A DNA stretch of 58,246 bases from Trichosphaerium sp. ATCC 40318 (Eukaryota > Protista > Tubulinea), in assembly GCA_038496445.1 (NCBI GenBank), contig JALMLS010000260.1:1-58246 (forward strand), written 5' to 3'. Positions 1-14,802 of this stretch are shown here, in pieces; within the stretch, counting starts at the first letter, position 1, and every line of letters starts with the position of its first letter. A program made the translations under genes and the position numbers. Below the pieces are notes generated by a model. That model searched no databases. It saw only the letters and a program-made list of their open reading frames with translations, and was not told the origin of the DNA.

Positions 1-2571
1 TGCAATTTTGGCATTCGCACACAAGGTAACATTTGGTAATTTTTTAAATTTCTATCAATACCTGTTAATAACTCAACTAGTACAGAAATTACATGGTTTT
101 GGATATGCTCATCAGCGCAATACTGGCACAAATCACTGCATCAGAGCTACATGTATAGCACACTGAGACTAGATGGAACTTAAGTTGACGTGTTGTAATA
201 CCAAGTTAAAAGAAGTTGCATTGTTTTTTGGTACCATCTTGTTTGGATATTTTAAGTGAGTTTGTACACCATCCTTCTTTTTTACTTATCTTAATACAGC
301 TGGTTTGTTTTGGATTGACCCACATATTTTCAGGTAGGTCAAATAGTATGCCTTCCATTAATTCTCCATGCTCAAACCAAAAGGTCTTTAAAAACAACTT
401 GTTATTTGAATGTCACAAAATGAACAGTGTCGTACTGAAGATTGTACAACTATGCGATCATATGTACAGATTAAATAACAAATCCCTTTTTGTAATGCAA
501 GTTTAAAATAAGATCGTGTTGGCTTGTGATAAAAATTAGTTTACAAGCTCTGTGAAAAAGAAAGGGCATACCAAGTATTGTAACCATTTTGCAAGATTGA
601 GTCTCCATTGTGGCACTTTGTTCAAAGCGCAAGATAGCCATAGTTGGCGGGAGCGTTTACCATTTGGGAATACTGTCAAGACAGTTTCAAATACAGAAAT
701 GAACAAGGAATCATTATCAACAACACCCAATAGTATCTTTTTAAATATTGTTTGTTGCCATACATTTGTATCCAGTGAAATGGCTTTACTCATTTTCAAC
801 AACGTAACAACAACAGAACTATAGCCAAAGTACGCTAGGAATGTTACACACTCGTGTGTCAACAATAAGGTAGCATCATACCTGCATGCTGCAAAGCTGT
901 CCATCCTTCGTTGTCTTTTGCTTCAATATCTGCGTTAGAACCAAGTAATATTTCAACAACTTTACTACGCCCACCACGTGCTAAGAAATATAAGTTACAA
1001 CAAGTTGTACATAAATAGACAACAGTAACACCTGCATAATGGAGAGCTGTCCATCCTTTAACATTTTTTGCTTCTATATCTGCATTGAAACCAAGCAATT
1101 TTTTAGCAGCTTTTCTCCTTCCATTACGTGCTAAAAGAATGGTTTATATTTTGGTGTAACAGCAATAAGGTACCTGCAATATGGAGAGCTGTACATTCAT
1201 TTTTATTTTTAGCTTCAATATCAGCGTTTGATCTAAGCAATATTTCAATGACTTTAATGTGTCCTTTGCTGGCTAAAAAAATATAAGTTACATCAATTTG
1301 TAGCAGTGACAACAGGTTAGTACATGCAAAATGAAGAGGTGTCCATCCTCCCTCATCTTTTGCTTCTATATTTGCGTTTGAACCAAGTAACATTTCAACA
1401 ACCCTACTCTGTCCGAAATTTGCTAAGTTTACAATTATTATACATTGAGTGACACCAAGTTGTACCTGCATGATGGAGAGCTGTAGCTTCTTCGTTGTCT
1501 TTTGCTTCAATATCTGCGTTTGAACCAAATAATACTTCAATGACTTTAATGCGTCCATCATTTGCTATAGGCCAAGTTACATCAATTGTACATTGACAAC
1601 AATAAGGGTACCTGCAACATGGAGAGCTGTCCATCCAGATTTGTCTTTTGCTTCAATATCTGCGTTTGAACGAAGTAATACTTCAGCAACTTTACTATGT
1701 CCATTTTGTGCTAGTACAAGTTCAATAATTTAAGATTGCTAATAAAGGTACCTGAAAGATGGAGAGCTGTCCATGCTTTGTTATTTTTTGCCTCAATATC
1801 TGCATTTGAACTGATTAATACTTCAGCAACTTTGCTATGCCCACTCTTTGCTAGAAGAAGTTACATCAATCTTAAATTGACACCTATAAAGTACCTGCAT
1901 GGTGAAGAGCTGTCCATCCAGAGTTGTCTTTTGCTTCAATGTCTGCGTTAGAATCAAGTAATAATTCAACAACTTTACTCTGTCCATCATATGCTAAGTT
2001 GTCAATAATTATACATTGACTGACACCGATTTGTACCTGCACGATGCAGAGCTGTCCATCCATTTTCAGACCGTACTTCAATATTTACACCTAAACCAAG
2101 CAATGTTTCAACGACTTCACAATGTCCTTGATGTGCTAGAGGTACAAGTTACAATTGTATATTGATAACAATATAGGTACCGGCATAATGGAGAGCTGTC
2201 CATCCTCCATTATCCATATATTCAAAGTTTGCCCCCTTTTGTACACAAATTGTTACAATAATAGGCATACCATTCTGTGCTAAAATCCAGTTACATTCAC
2301 TCGTGGTCAGATGTTTACCTGCAAACAATAAAATTGTGTCGCCGAATTGTGTTTTACACAATCTGCTGTTTAGCTCCTTTACTACAGATTGTCAAACATC
2401 TTAAAAACCATGGTAAGATTAAGCGCACCCGTTGTAATACTTTCATATCGTCCCCTCAGTATTGCCAATTCGTCTGCATAACTGTTAAATAGAGCACGTG
2501 AAAATATCCTGTTCTTGTTACTAACCTTCTAACGTTAACGCTTCTTCTGTACTTTGTTTTTGTTCAGACAT
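1..2571 (-). CDS. Ankyrin-repeat protein (~10 one-exon repeats) with a frameshifted Cys/His-rich (UBR-box-like) C-terminal region; possibly decaying, runs off the window start
   Basis: Repeated 99-nt exons encoding ...LLGSNADIEAKDxxGWTALHxA, separated by ~45-nt phase-1 GT-AG introns (~880-2280). The 3' part yields CYTC..IC/QYCADEH..H/VCEC only across frameshifts. Start codon uncertain. Confidence 0.8.
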
Positions 2572-3141
2572 CAAGAGGTGTTGTAACGCACGTTGTATAA
2601 TAGAAAATATAACCTCAACACTGTTTGTGGTTGTGAATCATGTACTTGTTTTGGTACTCCGCCTGTCCCACTTCAATCATTGCCCACGTGCGGTTCTGGC
2701 ACACTGTTCAGCTATCAAGGGCAAAAGAACCCGCCGGAGTTGAAATGGCGCAATGGTGTACAAAAGCACAAGACGTTTTTTCAGGGGCGTTCACAATGTA
2801 CACATCCCATTTAGCACAACATCGCTATAAGGGCATTTTAACTTATCGTGATGTATCAGAAAATAGTCTACAACTCATAGTATGAACCACCCAAACATTT
2901 TACTATTTTTCTTCTCTACGCTGTTGGTACTGTTCAGCATTGAAGGTTGTTCGTAGGGATTAACTCAACAATTCAAGGCTGTTCCAGCTTCATCATAATG
3001 TATCTGTTTCCTGTTGTGGATTGAAAACAAGGAAAGGGAAACCTATGCCCAATAATATTTGAGGTTTGTTGTCGACATCATTAATTACAAGTGAGGAAAG
3101 AATTAACTTGTAATTTATTTTCAGTCCTAGTACAAGTGTTT

Positions 3142-6100
3142 TTAACGTTTCTGGTGGCGAATAAAACGAAGTGCTAGCATAGCAATAATAACAAAAACAA
3201 AGTATATGCCATATAATACAACCATATCAATCCATTTCAAGTCAACATTCATTTCGAAAGCATCAATTATGATATTTCCGTTTGTGATAGGACAATAGAA
3301 TTGCGTCACATTCATTCCTGATTCTGATTGGAATGATATAGGTATTGCACCAACGTTACCCTAAATGTGAGTAAGAGACTGGGTGCACCAAATATTGTGG
3401 ATCGGAACAACAAAAAACACGAAAAAAAAAAAGAAAAAAATACAAAGATAGCGTACAGGGCATTCAAATACACGATCTTTTAATTCATTGATTGAAAGCG
3501 CTTCAAGAGAGTAGTGTATGAATGAAATCCAATACCACCATCCAAACCAATCTAAGCTCATAGTTAGTGCTGGTAAGAGAGTACCCACATGGAGTTGTGT
3601 CGAATGGAAACGTGGCTATTTAAGCCAATAAAGCTTGCGAAATAGAAACAAACGTACTTGGCATGGCACTTCTAACGGTGATGAATCCAGCAGTTAAGAA
3701 ATTAAGTGTCAGGAAAGCAGAGAAAGACAAGTTTCCAACAGCAATGTTTGGTGTCAAGAAGCCTTTAACAAAAAAAGTTAACAAAACAGTTGCTTTAATA
3801 TAAGAGTGATGATACTTACTGACAGCCAATGCGAATGCAGATGTAGCAAGCATAAGTCCAAAAGATCCAAGCATGTAAAATAAATAAGCTGTAAAGGTAG
3901 GCTATAAAACAAAGTAAGCGAATCTTCTTTCACCAGGGTTTTGTTTTGTTTCGTACGTTCAAGCCAGCAAGAATATAAACGATAGTTGATGAAACAACGA
4001 CCTAAGCAAACTTGTTATTATACAATACAATAAACAATGTTGTCTAATATTAAAAAAACAGCCTGTGATTTGAGAGTCAAGGCAAATGAGTTTTAGTTCA
4101 CTTACAGTGATAAGAATGGTTGGAAGATCAAGTAACACCATTCCCAGAACATAAGAAATTGAACTGTACATTCCAGCTGATTTCTCTCTGTAGTACACGG
4201 CACGTGTTTCATAAGTCCTTTGAAAAGAAAATTTGTCAGCATCAGTGTACCCAAAAATAAGTTTGAAGACGACGAAGAACAAGATGCAAAATATGTTGCC
4301 AGTAACATACCTTGGAATAATACCAAAAGCGAATAAATTCGCAAACAGAGCTGAGAAAAATACCAGATTAACACGTTCATTTGCACCAGTTTGATCATTA
4401 GCAGTTTGAAGGTATGTAAGACCTAAAAAAAAGACAAATTAGTTGGTACCAACTTCAAAAAAAATTACAAAACTCGGATAACTGTTGGGTTGCTATTGAG
4501 TTACAACATACCTAGTAGCAATGAAACAAAAAGAGTACGAATAAATCCAAGTGTGAACTCAATTGGTTGTCTCCAAAAGTATCTCCACCAACGAGCTGAG
4601 TTTAGACTTAATTGGAGTGCAAAAGAAGCGTTGTACTATGATGTTTCATGTAAGTATTCAACAGTTAGTTAAAAGAGAATGAAAATATAAGGTCTGTTTT
4701 CACAAGATAAAAGGGTGAGTCTTACACGCTTGCTACGCTTTGCAGGAGGAGCAGGATTTTTATGAAGCTTCTTCAAATCTTTCTTCAGTTTTATTCCTAG
4801 TTTGGTATCTTTGAATTGATCTGGTAGGCTTCTATCGTCATCTTTGGATTTGAGTTTAGATGAAGCAATATCCAATACAACATCTGCTGGATTTTGTTGG
4901 TTTGGTATCGTATATCCAAGGTTCTTGAAGTGGTTAAGAAGTGCTAAAATATATGTCAATAGAAACGCAATCAAAAAAAAAAAGATTATCACTGTGGCTC
5001 TACGTACTTTTTGATCTATCCCCTGTTGGTCCAAAGTATACTTGTATACCTCCTCTCTTCAGTAGAAGTAAATGGGAGCATCTATCGAATATACGTGTTG
5101 AAGGCTGATGGATTGTGCAGACAACAGAGCATCCTTCTTTTGCAATATTCGCAATAGCAGTCATTACTTCATCAGCACCTGCTGAGTCCAATCCTAAGCA
5201 AAGAGCGTAAGTACTTATATTGTAATGATATGCTAAGGAGTACCAGAAGTAGGTTCATCCAAGAAAATGACAGGAGGACTCACAACATACCTAAAGATGT
5301 TAATTTGAGAACAAACACCAAAAAAAAAGGCTACGTACTCAATGGCAATAGTAACTCTCTTTGCTTGAGCTTGAGATAGATTCTCAACAAGCTCGTTTGC
5401 AATATCTACAAGATCTAGAACTTTCATTGTTCTTTGTAATGAATTAGACAAGACTTTCAACAATCTCATTTTACCTGTCTATATGTGCGGCCATTGCAGC
5501 TTTCTCGTCATTTCCAGTGTATCTCAAACGAGCACTGAACTGAACTGTCTCAAAAACAGTTTGACTCTAAACCACGTGATGAGAAATAAAAAACAAAACA
5601 TAATCCCGATAAGAAAGACTTACATGCATATGAACATCTGTTTGCTCACAATATCCAATTGAAGCTGCGAAACCACCTCCAGTTACAGCTCCATCAATCA
5701 ATACTTCACCAGTGATACTACCAATATTCTTTCTTTGTGCAAGAACGTCCAAAAGAGTAGTTTTACCAGCACCAGAAGGTCTTGAAGCAGAAAAAGTCAA
5801 AACAATTAAACATCTTTTTTGTCACGTACCCCATGAGCGCCACAACCATACCTGGTTTGACATACCTAATTACAAAGTATTTAATAAATCGTGTTTTGGT
5901 ACATAGAGATGGTGCATCTACATACCCGTTTATGTTGGTGAGTAACTGAATTGTCTTTGGCTTTCCAGGAACAAAGTAGTTCAACTACAACATTGTTAGT
6001 TTAAAGGTTAAACGTTGAGCATCATCTGTCCTGACTTACGTCTTTCCAACTTAAAACAGCACCTTGAATCTCTTCTTTCAATAAAGCGTTGTCTTCTTCA

Positions 6101-9100
6101 AGATCAAACTCGAAAAGCTTCTCTAAAACGCTACGTAAGCACTTTGACTTTGATGAAATAAACCCGCTATTCATTTGGTAATATCACTTGATATCAAACT
6201 TACTTGGTGTTGAACGGACTACCTCTTTTGGTATACTGAATCTCATTGCCAAATAAAGAGCAAAGTTCCAGAATACAACCCAGCCAAACAAACCAATTAA
6301 CATATACCTATAAACGAACAAGTAAGCAATTTACACCAAGAATTGTTAAAGACCCTTACCATCTATCGTTAGCCCCACTCAAGAAGCTTCTGGATTCTAA
6401 AGCTTGTGTACCAGTTGTCAATGGGCAGACTTGGTTACCTTCATAAAAAAGGTTAAAAAGAGAAACTCATGTTGTTCAAACAAAAAAGTGTTTTTAAGTT
6501 AATTGGTTCACGTGTTTCTTCATACCCTCAAATCCGCCTTCTTCAAATGTTGCATTAAAAGTAGGAAGTATAGTAGGTGGTACAAGATCATCAGCTACAC
6601 AAAAGTGAGTAAATAACTCTATGTAAAGTCTATTAGTTTCAAATGCACATACCGCTACATTCAAAAGTCAAAGGAAAGAATTCATTGATGGCAATTGCGT
6701 TGAATGCGTAGAACATTGGGTTGATCCAAAATAGCCACACAAGGTATCCAGGTTGTTCTCCACGTTGTATCAAGAATCCTTAAGAGAAATCAGTACACTA
6801 AGAGCCAAAACAAGGTATTAAATACAACATACCACTGTACAAAATCAAAAACGCAATGACGTTTGATCCATAAACGAAAGCAGCCGATTGAGATGGACTA
6901 AGGTATGCAACAACTTGTATTATAGCGAGAACAGATAGATAAAGAAAGTATGAGGTCAACAAGAAGAAAAAGTATGCTCCAACATCTGCACGAAGCCCAG
7001 CTAGAAAAAAAAGTAAATAACAAAACTATGACAAAAAAAAAAGTAAGGTAGGTACCCGCCCAGTATCCTATTGATCCAAATACGAATACCTGCCAGAATC
7101 CCCATACAGTTTCGTGAATAAGATCAACAATCATAAAAGGAACAACAGAATGCCAATGTTGCTTTCGATGAAGATCAAATATCGGTCTCCACTAAAAGAT
7201 AACAATCAACAATAAAACACCAAGGAAAGACTTCGCTAATGAGATACTTACCTGGAATATAGTACCAATAATACCAACACCCAGTAGACCAATTTGATTG
7301 GACAATGAGTACATAAAACCCAAGCGAAGTGCGATTTGATCGTAGTCTTCATCAAATCTGAAAAAGAAAAATCCAAGAATTAAGGCTAAAAGGAAAAGAG
7401 TAAGTGTTCTGTCAAGTATGCACATATAAATCACTTTTAACAACTCAAAATAAATGATAAACGTACATAGGAATATGAGATTCAAAGTTATAACAATATA
7501 CTTTGGTTTTTCTCTCCATGAATGAAGAAGTTTTCGATGAAGCAATAAGCCGATTTGTTCCATTGTTGTTGTATCATAAGGACTTGTTTCTTTTTTAGTA
7601 CGAGAAATTGTTGTGGTTGCTGTTTTACTCGTATTAAGAGTCTCGCCTTTGTTGATCTCCTTTGTAATCTTCCTCTTTTCTTTTGACTCATTCCACTTGT
7701 AAATCAGCTCCGAACTAAACATATGATCAACAAAACTTAACATTCAAGCTCCTTTTTGCCATACCTTCTTGTTATCTTACACTTATCTGTTGCAAAATCG
7801 AGTGGATTGTCAACAAGAGTACTAAATTAGACGTGTAAGTGGTACAACCAGATACAATATTTTATGAACCTGAGGTATTCTCCAGCATTGTAATCATCTG
7901 GACATTCAAATCCAAGTTTTTGGAAGTACGACTTTGCCTTATCACGTGGTCCCTTTTGATCATGTTAGTATTGAAAACCCATCATCGAAATAATACTTCA
8001 CACTTACGGCATAAGCGATACGACCATTTGATAGAAGAATGACTTGATCGTAAAGGTTCAAAACCTGAAAACAAAAAATTAAAAAAACCACTAAATGATT
8101 GAAGCGTTCATACCTCTTCAGCAGGCTGTAACAAGCTCGCCATTACCTATGATATCGCATTAGTAACGCTTACATGTATTAGTCACTAAAACGTACAGGT
8201 ACACCTCCTTCTTGACTCAAAATCTGGAGAACTTTGGATAGTCTCAAAGCAGCCGCTGAATCCAAACCAGTTGTTGGTTCATCAAGTAGAAGAAAGTTTG
8301 GCTAAAATACAATAAGCTTTCAAACAGAAGGTAACGTTTGAGGAAACTCGCCCGTCTTAACCATGCAGCTCCTACTGTTACACGTCTCTTTTCACCTCCA
8401 GAAATACCTCTACACGACGTTAATACAAATTTGACACAATTTTTTTTGTTGGAGAATGAAGAAATTCTTGACTACCTGACAAGTGGTCCACCAACAATGG
8501 TATCAGCGCAATTGGTAAGCTCAAGTAGTTGAAGAATAACATTCGATATCCTCTCCACATCAGCTACAAACAGTAAGTAACAAAATCTCGTAAAAATAAA
8601 AAGTAAACCTGGTTGTACCTGCTGGAACACCTTGAAACCTCGCTGCAAAGTAGAATGTCTCACGGACTGTCAACAAAGGCAGATGAACGTCTTGTTGTAA
8701 GGTATAACTGTAAAGCTTGTGAAACGTCCTTCCTGTGAATACCTTTCCAGGTACTTCAACATCAACAATACCAGTAATTGTCCCGTCTCTAAGTAACATG
8801 TTAAAAAAAATAAAATAAAAATGGTTTAATTGGAAGTTGTGAACAAATAACGCGAGCTAAAAAACATTTTGACTCCTTCAACACCAAAAAAGGTAGGCAC
8901 TTTTTTCAATGCGTAAAACCACCAAGCCAAGCGCACGTGCGCGAATACGAAAATAAAAAATGAATAAAAACTAAAGTACGACATAAAATGACGGAGTTTT
9001 ACGTGTCTTCGTTATACAGAACGTTGTATTTGAGTGAGGCTGATTTTACAGTATTCAAAAAAAATTACAATAAAGAAAAAAGTCACATACCTGGTTCCAA

Positions 9101-9883
9101 CCATAACATCAAGTAACGATGTCTTACCACTCTTAGGAGCTCCTAGAAGAGCAGTCATTTGACCCTTTTTTAAGATGAAGGAGTGATTTTCCAATACAGG
9201 TAACCTACAAAAAAAAAATGAACGAGTTAACAAAAGTTTCTCCTTTTCTCTCTTTTTACCTGACTGTAGCAGTGCTTTGGTTTAAAATAGTAGAGAAGCT
9301 ACCAGTATCTAGTTTTGCAGCATAACTCAAGCGATCTACGATGACAGTAGCTCCTTCAAAGCCAGCCTGAAAAAGGATAAGATTTTCAAACCATTAAATC
9401 AGCAGTAAAAATAAATACGCCTAGGAGTTAAACTACGCCCAACGTACATCTTTTGCGATCTTCCTGAAGGATACAGTTTTACCGGTACTTATTTTAACTG
9501 TAGGTGTTTTAATTACTCCATCTTCGGCATCAACGATATCATCATCGTCATCTATAGAACGTGAGTACTAATAAGCGACAAAAAAGAATCTCGGTTTTAT
9601 TTTTTTAATTACCCGTTTCTCGCTGTTTCTTGCTTTTCTTCTTCTTTGATGATACAGGTATCATTTCCACGTCTTCATCGTGATGTTTGTGTTTCTTACG
9701 TTTCTTTTTTTTGTTTTCGTCTTTATGACCTTCGCTATCATGTGCTAGCGGCTGCATAAGATCGCTTGACTCAGAATCACTCTGTTTAGACTCGGAAGAA
9801 GAATCTGCCACTTTATTCACAGCGTCGTTTTGTGACACCTCTGAAAGCGATGCATTATCAGTGCTATCGCTTGATGAGCTCAT
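3142..9883 (-). CDS. Full-size ABCG/PDR-type transporter (NBD-TMD-NBD-TMD), many introns
   Basis: NBD1 [42 protein letters not shown]; NBD2 [33 protein letters not shown]; two TMDs; ends LRFIRHQKR*. Confidence 0.95.
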
Positions 9884-11083
9884 TTTTATTGATTTATCCC
9901 TAAGTTGTGATCAGACTAGTGTTGTACTATTAATTTTAAATTAACACTGAAAATGACGACATAGAAAACTCATGTGTTTTCAAGGGGTAAATAATTGTGC
10001 GGTAAAGATCACTTAAAACAGAAAGTGGAACGCGAAAAAAAAGCAGTATTAACACTTGAAAGCCTACAAAGTCGCTTTTCGGCGGAAAAACTATTTATCG
10101 TACCGAATTTCGCTATTGTATATCTATATGAACTCTAGAGGGTGTAGCGGTATTGTACAGCATAGCGGGGCAAAAAAATCGTAGATACGCATTTATATCC
10201 TTTCCAAATTTAGTTAAATGGTACGAAACATGTCTCCTACGCATAGCATTATTATATACCGTAATGGTATTTAGCTTCGCACCGGTGCGGGCAAAAGTTT
10301 TGAAATTGCCCGAAAAAAATCGCGTTACTCCTTTGGATTGCCCGCTCTTTTTTTTTTTGAGTTCAAATCACGTCACTCGTTTCAGTCGCCTATAAATCTT
10401 TAATACAGTAATGCACCAAAATGTTGGGAAACCAATCTAAGCACGTGCACCAACGAAACTAATGTTCCTACACTTTTCTTAGGTAGTCCAATAACACAAT
10501 CGTAGAGTGTACGTAAGCATACGTTTGTACAGAAACATACGTACTAGTACGAATACATTACCATAGTGATTGTTTTCTAATTGCTTCGCTCTCTTACAAC
10601 TTTTTTATTGTCAAAATGGCTCGGGTATCGACTGAATTCCCATCAAACATGTTATGACCACTAAACGCCTTAACAGCAAGACTGTATAAAGCTTGAAGAC
10701 ATGGTGATGCCAATTGCACAACACCACCAATGGGAGGGATTAAAAATGAAGGAAAAATCTGCTGATGGCACGTGAAAAAAAAAATCATTTGGCTGACTTT
10801 GTTATGTTCCATTTGGCTAAGGCGATATTTCAAGGCATTAGCAGACAATCACTATAACGCCAGCATGTTGAGAATAGATATTTTAGTTGACTTATCACGT
10901 GCCAAAGCCATAAATTTAAGAGGTTCAGTAAACGTCTTTTTTATGCTACTCTTGTCATTTGTCAGTAGCAAGTTGGCCTCATTCTCCTAAAAATGTCAAA
11001 GAACATCTGATCTTCTTCTCTGTGATCAATAACATTCAGTTAAGTTACTTTCTTGATACCTTGGTAATCAGTTGTGAGTTCCA

Positions 11084-14000
11084 ATGACGGACGAGGTTGT
11101 TTACGACCTATCTGATTACCCGCTTGAATTATTAGTAAGTTTTAACTTATATATAGCGTAAGGTTGCTAATACGCCTAGGAACACATATTTGGCGCGTTA
11201 AATGGCATATCTCTTGCAAATGTGTCCTCTGTGTGTCAGTTATGGCGAGATCTCAGCAATACGGAGGAAAACTGGTTCGTATACGCAATAAGAGCGCTAC
11301 AAACTTATCACAAGGAAGGTCAAGAGTATTGAGACGATTTGAAAGCCAGGTTCTGTTAGTTGATGATACATCACCCAAGAGAGCAGAAGATATGGAAGAA
11401 GAGTTTAAAACGTCGTTAAAATTTTTAAACGAAGACGAAGTTTGTACTTATCAAGACGTATACGATAAAATGCCTCCTAAGCAGCTATACAGGCATATGG
11501 TACGGTGAACTAGCGTAATATAATGGAGCTTAACGGATTTTAATGCAAAGTCCACGTTCTTGATCGTGTGCTGCCAACCATTAAACACCGGAGATGTGGG
11601 ACTTTCATTTAAGGATAGAGAAGGAGCACCAATAAGGAAAAAACGTATTTTCAGTTCACCAGAGGATGCCTTGGATGCCTGCTGTGATGGAGATGCTATT
11701 TTTTTTGAAAACGGTACAAATGCTGTTGTTTTCTTCTTTTTTTCCTATTGCGTTAACTCGGTAATCACGTGGGCTAATATTGTTGTTTAGGAAATCATAC
11801 AGTGGATAACAGTCTTAGTTTAATAGTAGATAAATCTATACTCTTGTTGGGAGATAATGCAACAAGTAAGCAATGAAAAAATAAACGTTGCGCTTTGAAA
11901 AAAAAAATAACATGTGTAGGTATTGAGTGTCCCTTAGATTTTTATACGAACTATGCTATCATGTTTGGACTAAATGTACCCCATGTTAAAGTACTACCTG
12001 GCGCTATGGTGTTGATGTACACATGCAGAGTTAAAAAAAGTGAGTCTTTGTTCTATTGAAGTACTTGTTGTTAACTTTTTTTTTAGGTGTTAATGTGTAC
12101 CGACATGCTTCAGCTTACATTTGCTATGCGCATGTGCGAATCAACGAAGTTTATTTTTTAATTAATATCTACTAGATTTCTTCTCTTGAACTAGAAGAAG
12201 GTTTTATTAGTATATGTTGCCCGTTTTACCAGTTCGTCAAGGAACCATACTCAAATCAACGTAAGCACTTTTTTTGATTGTTTTTCCACATAATTTAATA
12301 AAACACATCTGATGTAATGCCCTAGAGATTGATATGCTGGTTAATAAGCTAATAACCAGTACTGATCCATCAGTGATTGGATCATTATGCTTTACGTTAA
12401 GCGGAGTATTAGGCGCTAATTGTAAGTCAACAACAAGCAGTTTTTTTCTAGCTAAAACCTTCTAGCAGGAGAAGTGTCAGGACCATCCAAAGAGCATCTG
12501 ATGTCGCATAATATAGTACCACAACTATGTGCATTTATAAATAAGTACAAGGATAATGTGAGACTGTTGGTATGCCTTTTTGAGATATTTTTAACTCATC
12601 TAACATAAAACCAGGCTGCTGTGGCTTGTGCATTGATACCATTTGGAAATGGTGATGTAGAGTGCTTAGAGAGAAATGAGGATATAGAATATATGATAAA
12701 TGCTGGTATCGTGTTAATTATGATGCGTGGTATCGAGAAATACGTCTCCACTACCTATTCGTTTTATTTAAAACAGGTATATAAAAAAAAACATACTTTG
12801 TTTATCACGTGAACTGAACAAGTTCTTTAGATCTCCGTTCTATTGTTTGAAATTTATGCCTATGCTGTAAACTTAGATACATTACGTGCAACATGTACGT
12901 TATGAAATTAAGGTATAGCATTATCTGTACTAAGCTGTGTTAGTGTCGAACATGCCAGACAATGTTAAGATTCTACTGAATATTGCTGATAATATAAAAC
13001 AAACACAATCAACAGTTGATTATACAGTACTATACTCAATACTTTCTCGAACATTTAGTGTTCACCTTCAGCACCGCATGCGATTTTATAATTATAGAAT
13101 GAATTAAGCTTCAAACTAACCACTTGCTTAGAACATAATATCACTGCGTTTATTTCTTTGAATGGTTTTGAACGTATATTTAAACTTCTGCCTAAAGTAA
13201 ACACATATCTTGTTGGTCTATTCTTAGGTGTATTCTTGCCTGTCATAAATAAGGGTATGTTAAATATACATTAAGCGGGGAGACCTAATCTTGCAAGAAC
13301 TTGTTTTTTTGTTTGATTTTTACATTATTTTGTAGATATCTGTGGATCATTTGCTGACTCATTTCTAAAATATTGGGATTCCACGCTTTCCAAAGTAGAT
13401 TTTTTAAAAGAGGCTGATGAAGTATTGTTTGAGAGCGTTGTATCTCTGTTAGTTTGTCTAGACAGAGGTAAGATGAAGAAAAAAAAAAACCACATATTCT
13501 TGCTTACATTGGTATCGTAGAACCTCTCATTCGATCTATATGTGACTACCTTGTTACAACAGAAAGAACTAAATGGGTATATGCATTGAAATTTGTTATG
13601 GCGTTTTGTCACAGAGGTAATTCCTATTTTTTTCTTCTTTTTTCTAATTTGTTTAGAGCCATCTGCCCTCCTTGTAATCAAATACAATATTTTAAAGCAT
13701 TTGAGAGAGCAAGCAGAAAAAACGAGATCACCTGAAGTATTCCAAGACATTGTCTATCTCCTTCATATTCTCGCAAGCCACAAAAAAGTCAGGGAAAAAG
13801 TAGCAGAGGTATTGTTGCTTCTTTTTCTTTATTCTTAATTTAATCTCTTCAATAGACCTTGGAGAGTATTAAACCAGTACTTTTGAAAAGTAAACTATAT
13901 CATGGTGCAGAGCCTTGGGTGTCATCGTTTTGTAAACTACTTGAAGGTACTTCTCATTTTCTGGTTTTTTTCTTTGTTTTTTTACAAACCTTGTTCTGGG

Positions 14001-14802
14001 CTCTTATTAATTTCTTCTTTTCGATTAGATGTGCCTATATCAGATAAAGAAATGCGTATGAGGTCAGAAAATATTTGTTTAATTTCACATGATGGTTTAC
14101 ACATAAAGAATATCTACAAAAGTAGTTTCCCATCTGCTACTGGAAATATTTTCTTAACATCAGGAAAATGGTATTATGAGGTTGAAATAATAATACCTGA
14201 GGTTATGCAAATAGGTACTTGACAATTCTATTCTTTTACTTTAGAAACAATATGTCAAAACACGTGCATAGAATCTAAGCACTCAAAAAACACCCTTTTC
14301 TTGTTTTTTTTCCATACTGATGTTTATTTAAGGCTGGACAAGACGGACTTATGATACTTTTTATACTGCTACAAACATGGGTGTTGGTGATGATAAAGAC
14401 TCTTGGGGATGTGATCTGTGGAGACATGTGCTATTTAATGGAGACTGTAAACAGTTTGGAACTTCAGGTACTGTCTTTTTTAGAACATCTGTTTGTTCCT
14501 ATCTCTTATTCTTGTAGAGCCAAGATGGAAGTCCGGTGATATATTACAGTGTTCAATAGACTTAGACAACCGCATAATGAGCTTTGGTATAAACGGCAAA
14601 GACCTAGGTAAATCGTTGAAGTTTCAACCGTTTTTTTGTTAAATGCTTTAAAATAGGTGTTGCTGCCAGTGGCTTTGATGTTTTAACTGGCTTTACACCT
14701 GGTATGTCGTTGACTGAAGAATGTAAGATGAACTTTGGAAGTACTAAATTCAAGTATGGTCCTCCAACAGGCTACTCGGGATATAATTCACTTCCAAAAT
14801 AA
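11084..14802 (+). CDS. F-box protein with beta-helix-like segment, ARM-like helical repeats and C-terminal SPRY domain
   Basis: Spliced N-terminus DLSDYPLELLEHIFGALNGISLANVSSVCQLWRDL (F-box). C-terminus GKWYYEVEI..MQIGW..GVGDDKDSWG..WKSGDI..IDLD..SFGINGKDLG..NFG..FKY (SPRY). Confidence 0.85.

Noticed and set aside
2593-3060. Short ORFs between the ankyrin and ABCG genes (also 10153-10990)
   Set aside because: No recognisable motif or consistent exon chain.
7243-7256. ATACTTACCTGG, the U1 snRNA 5' end
   Set aside because: It is the reverse complement of a perfect splice donor of the ABCG gene; no U1 body follows.
8790-9090. Microexons (ACAC, GA) or an ncRNA in the long ABCG intron with a GCGCACGTGCGC palindrome
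   Set aside because: The frame is already intact without them, the splice contexts are weak, and no snoRNA boxes were found.
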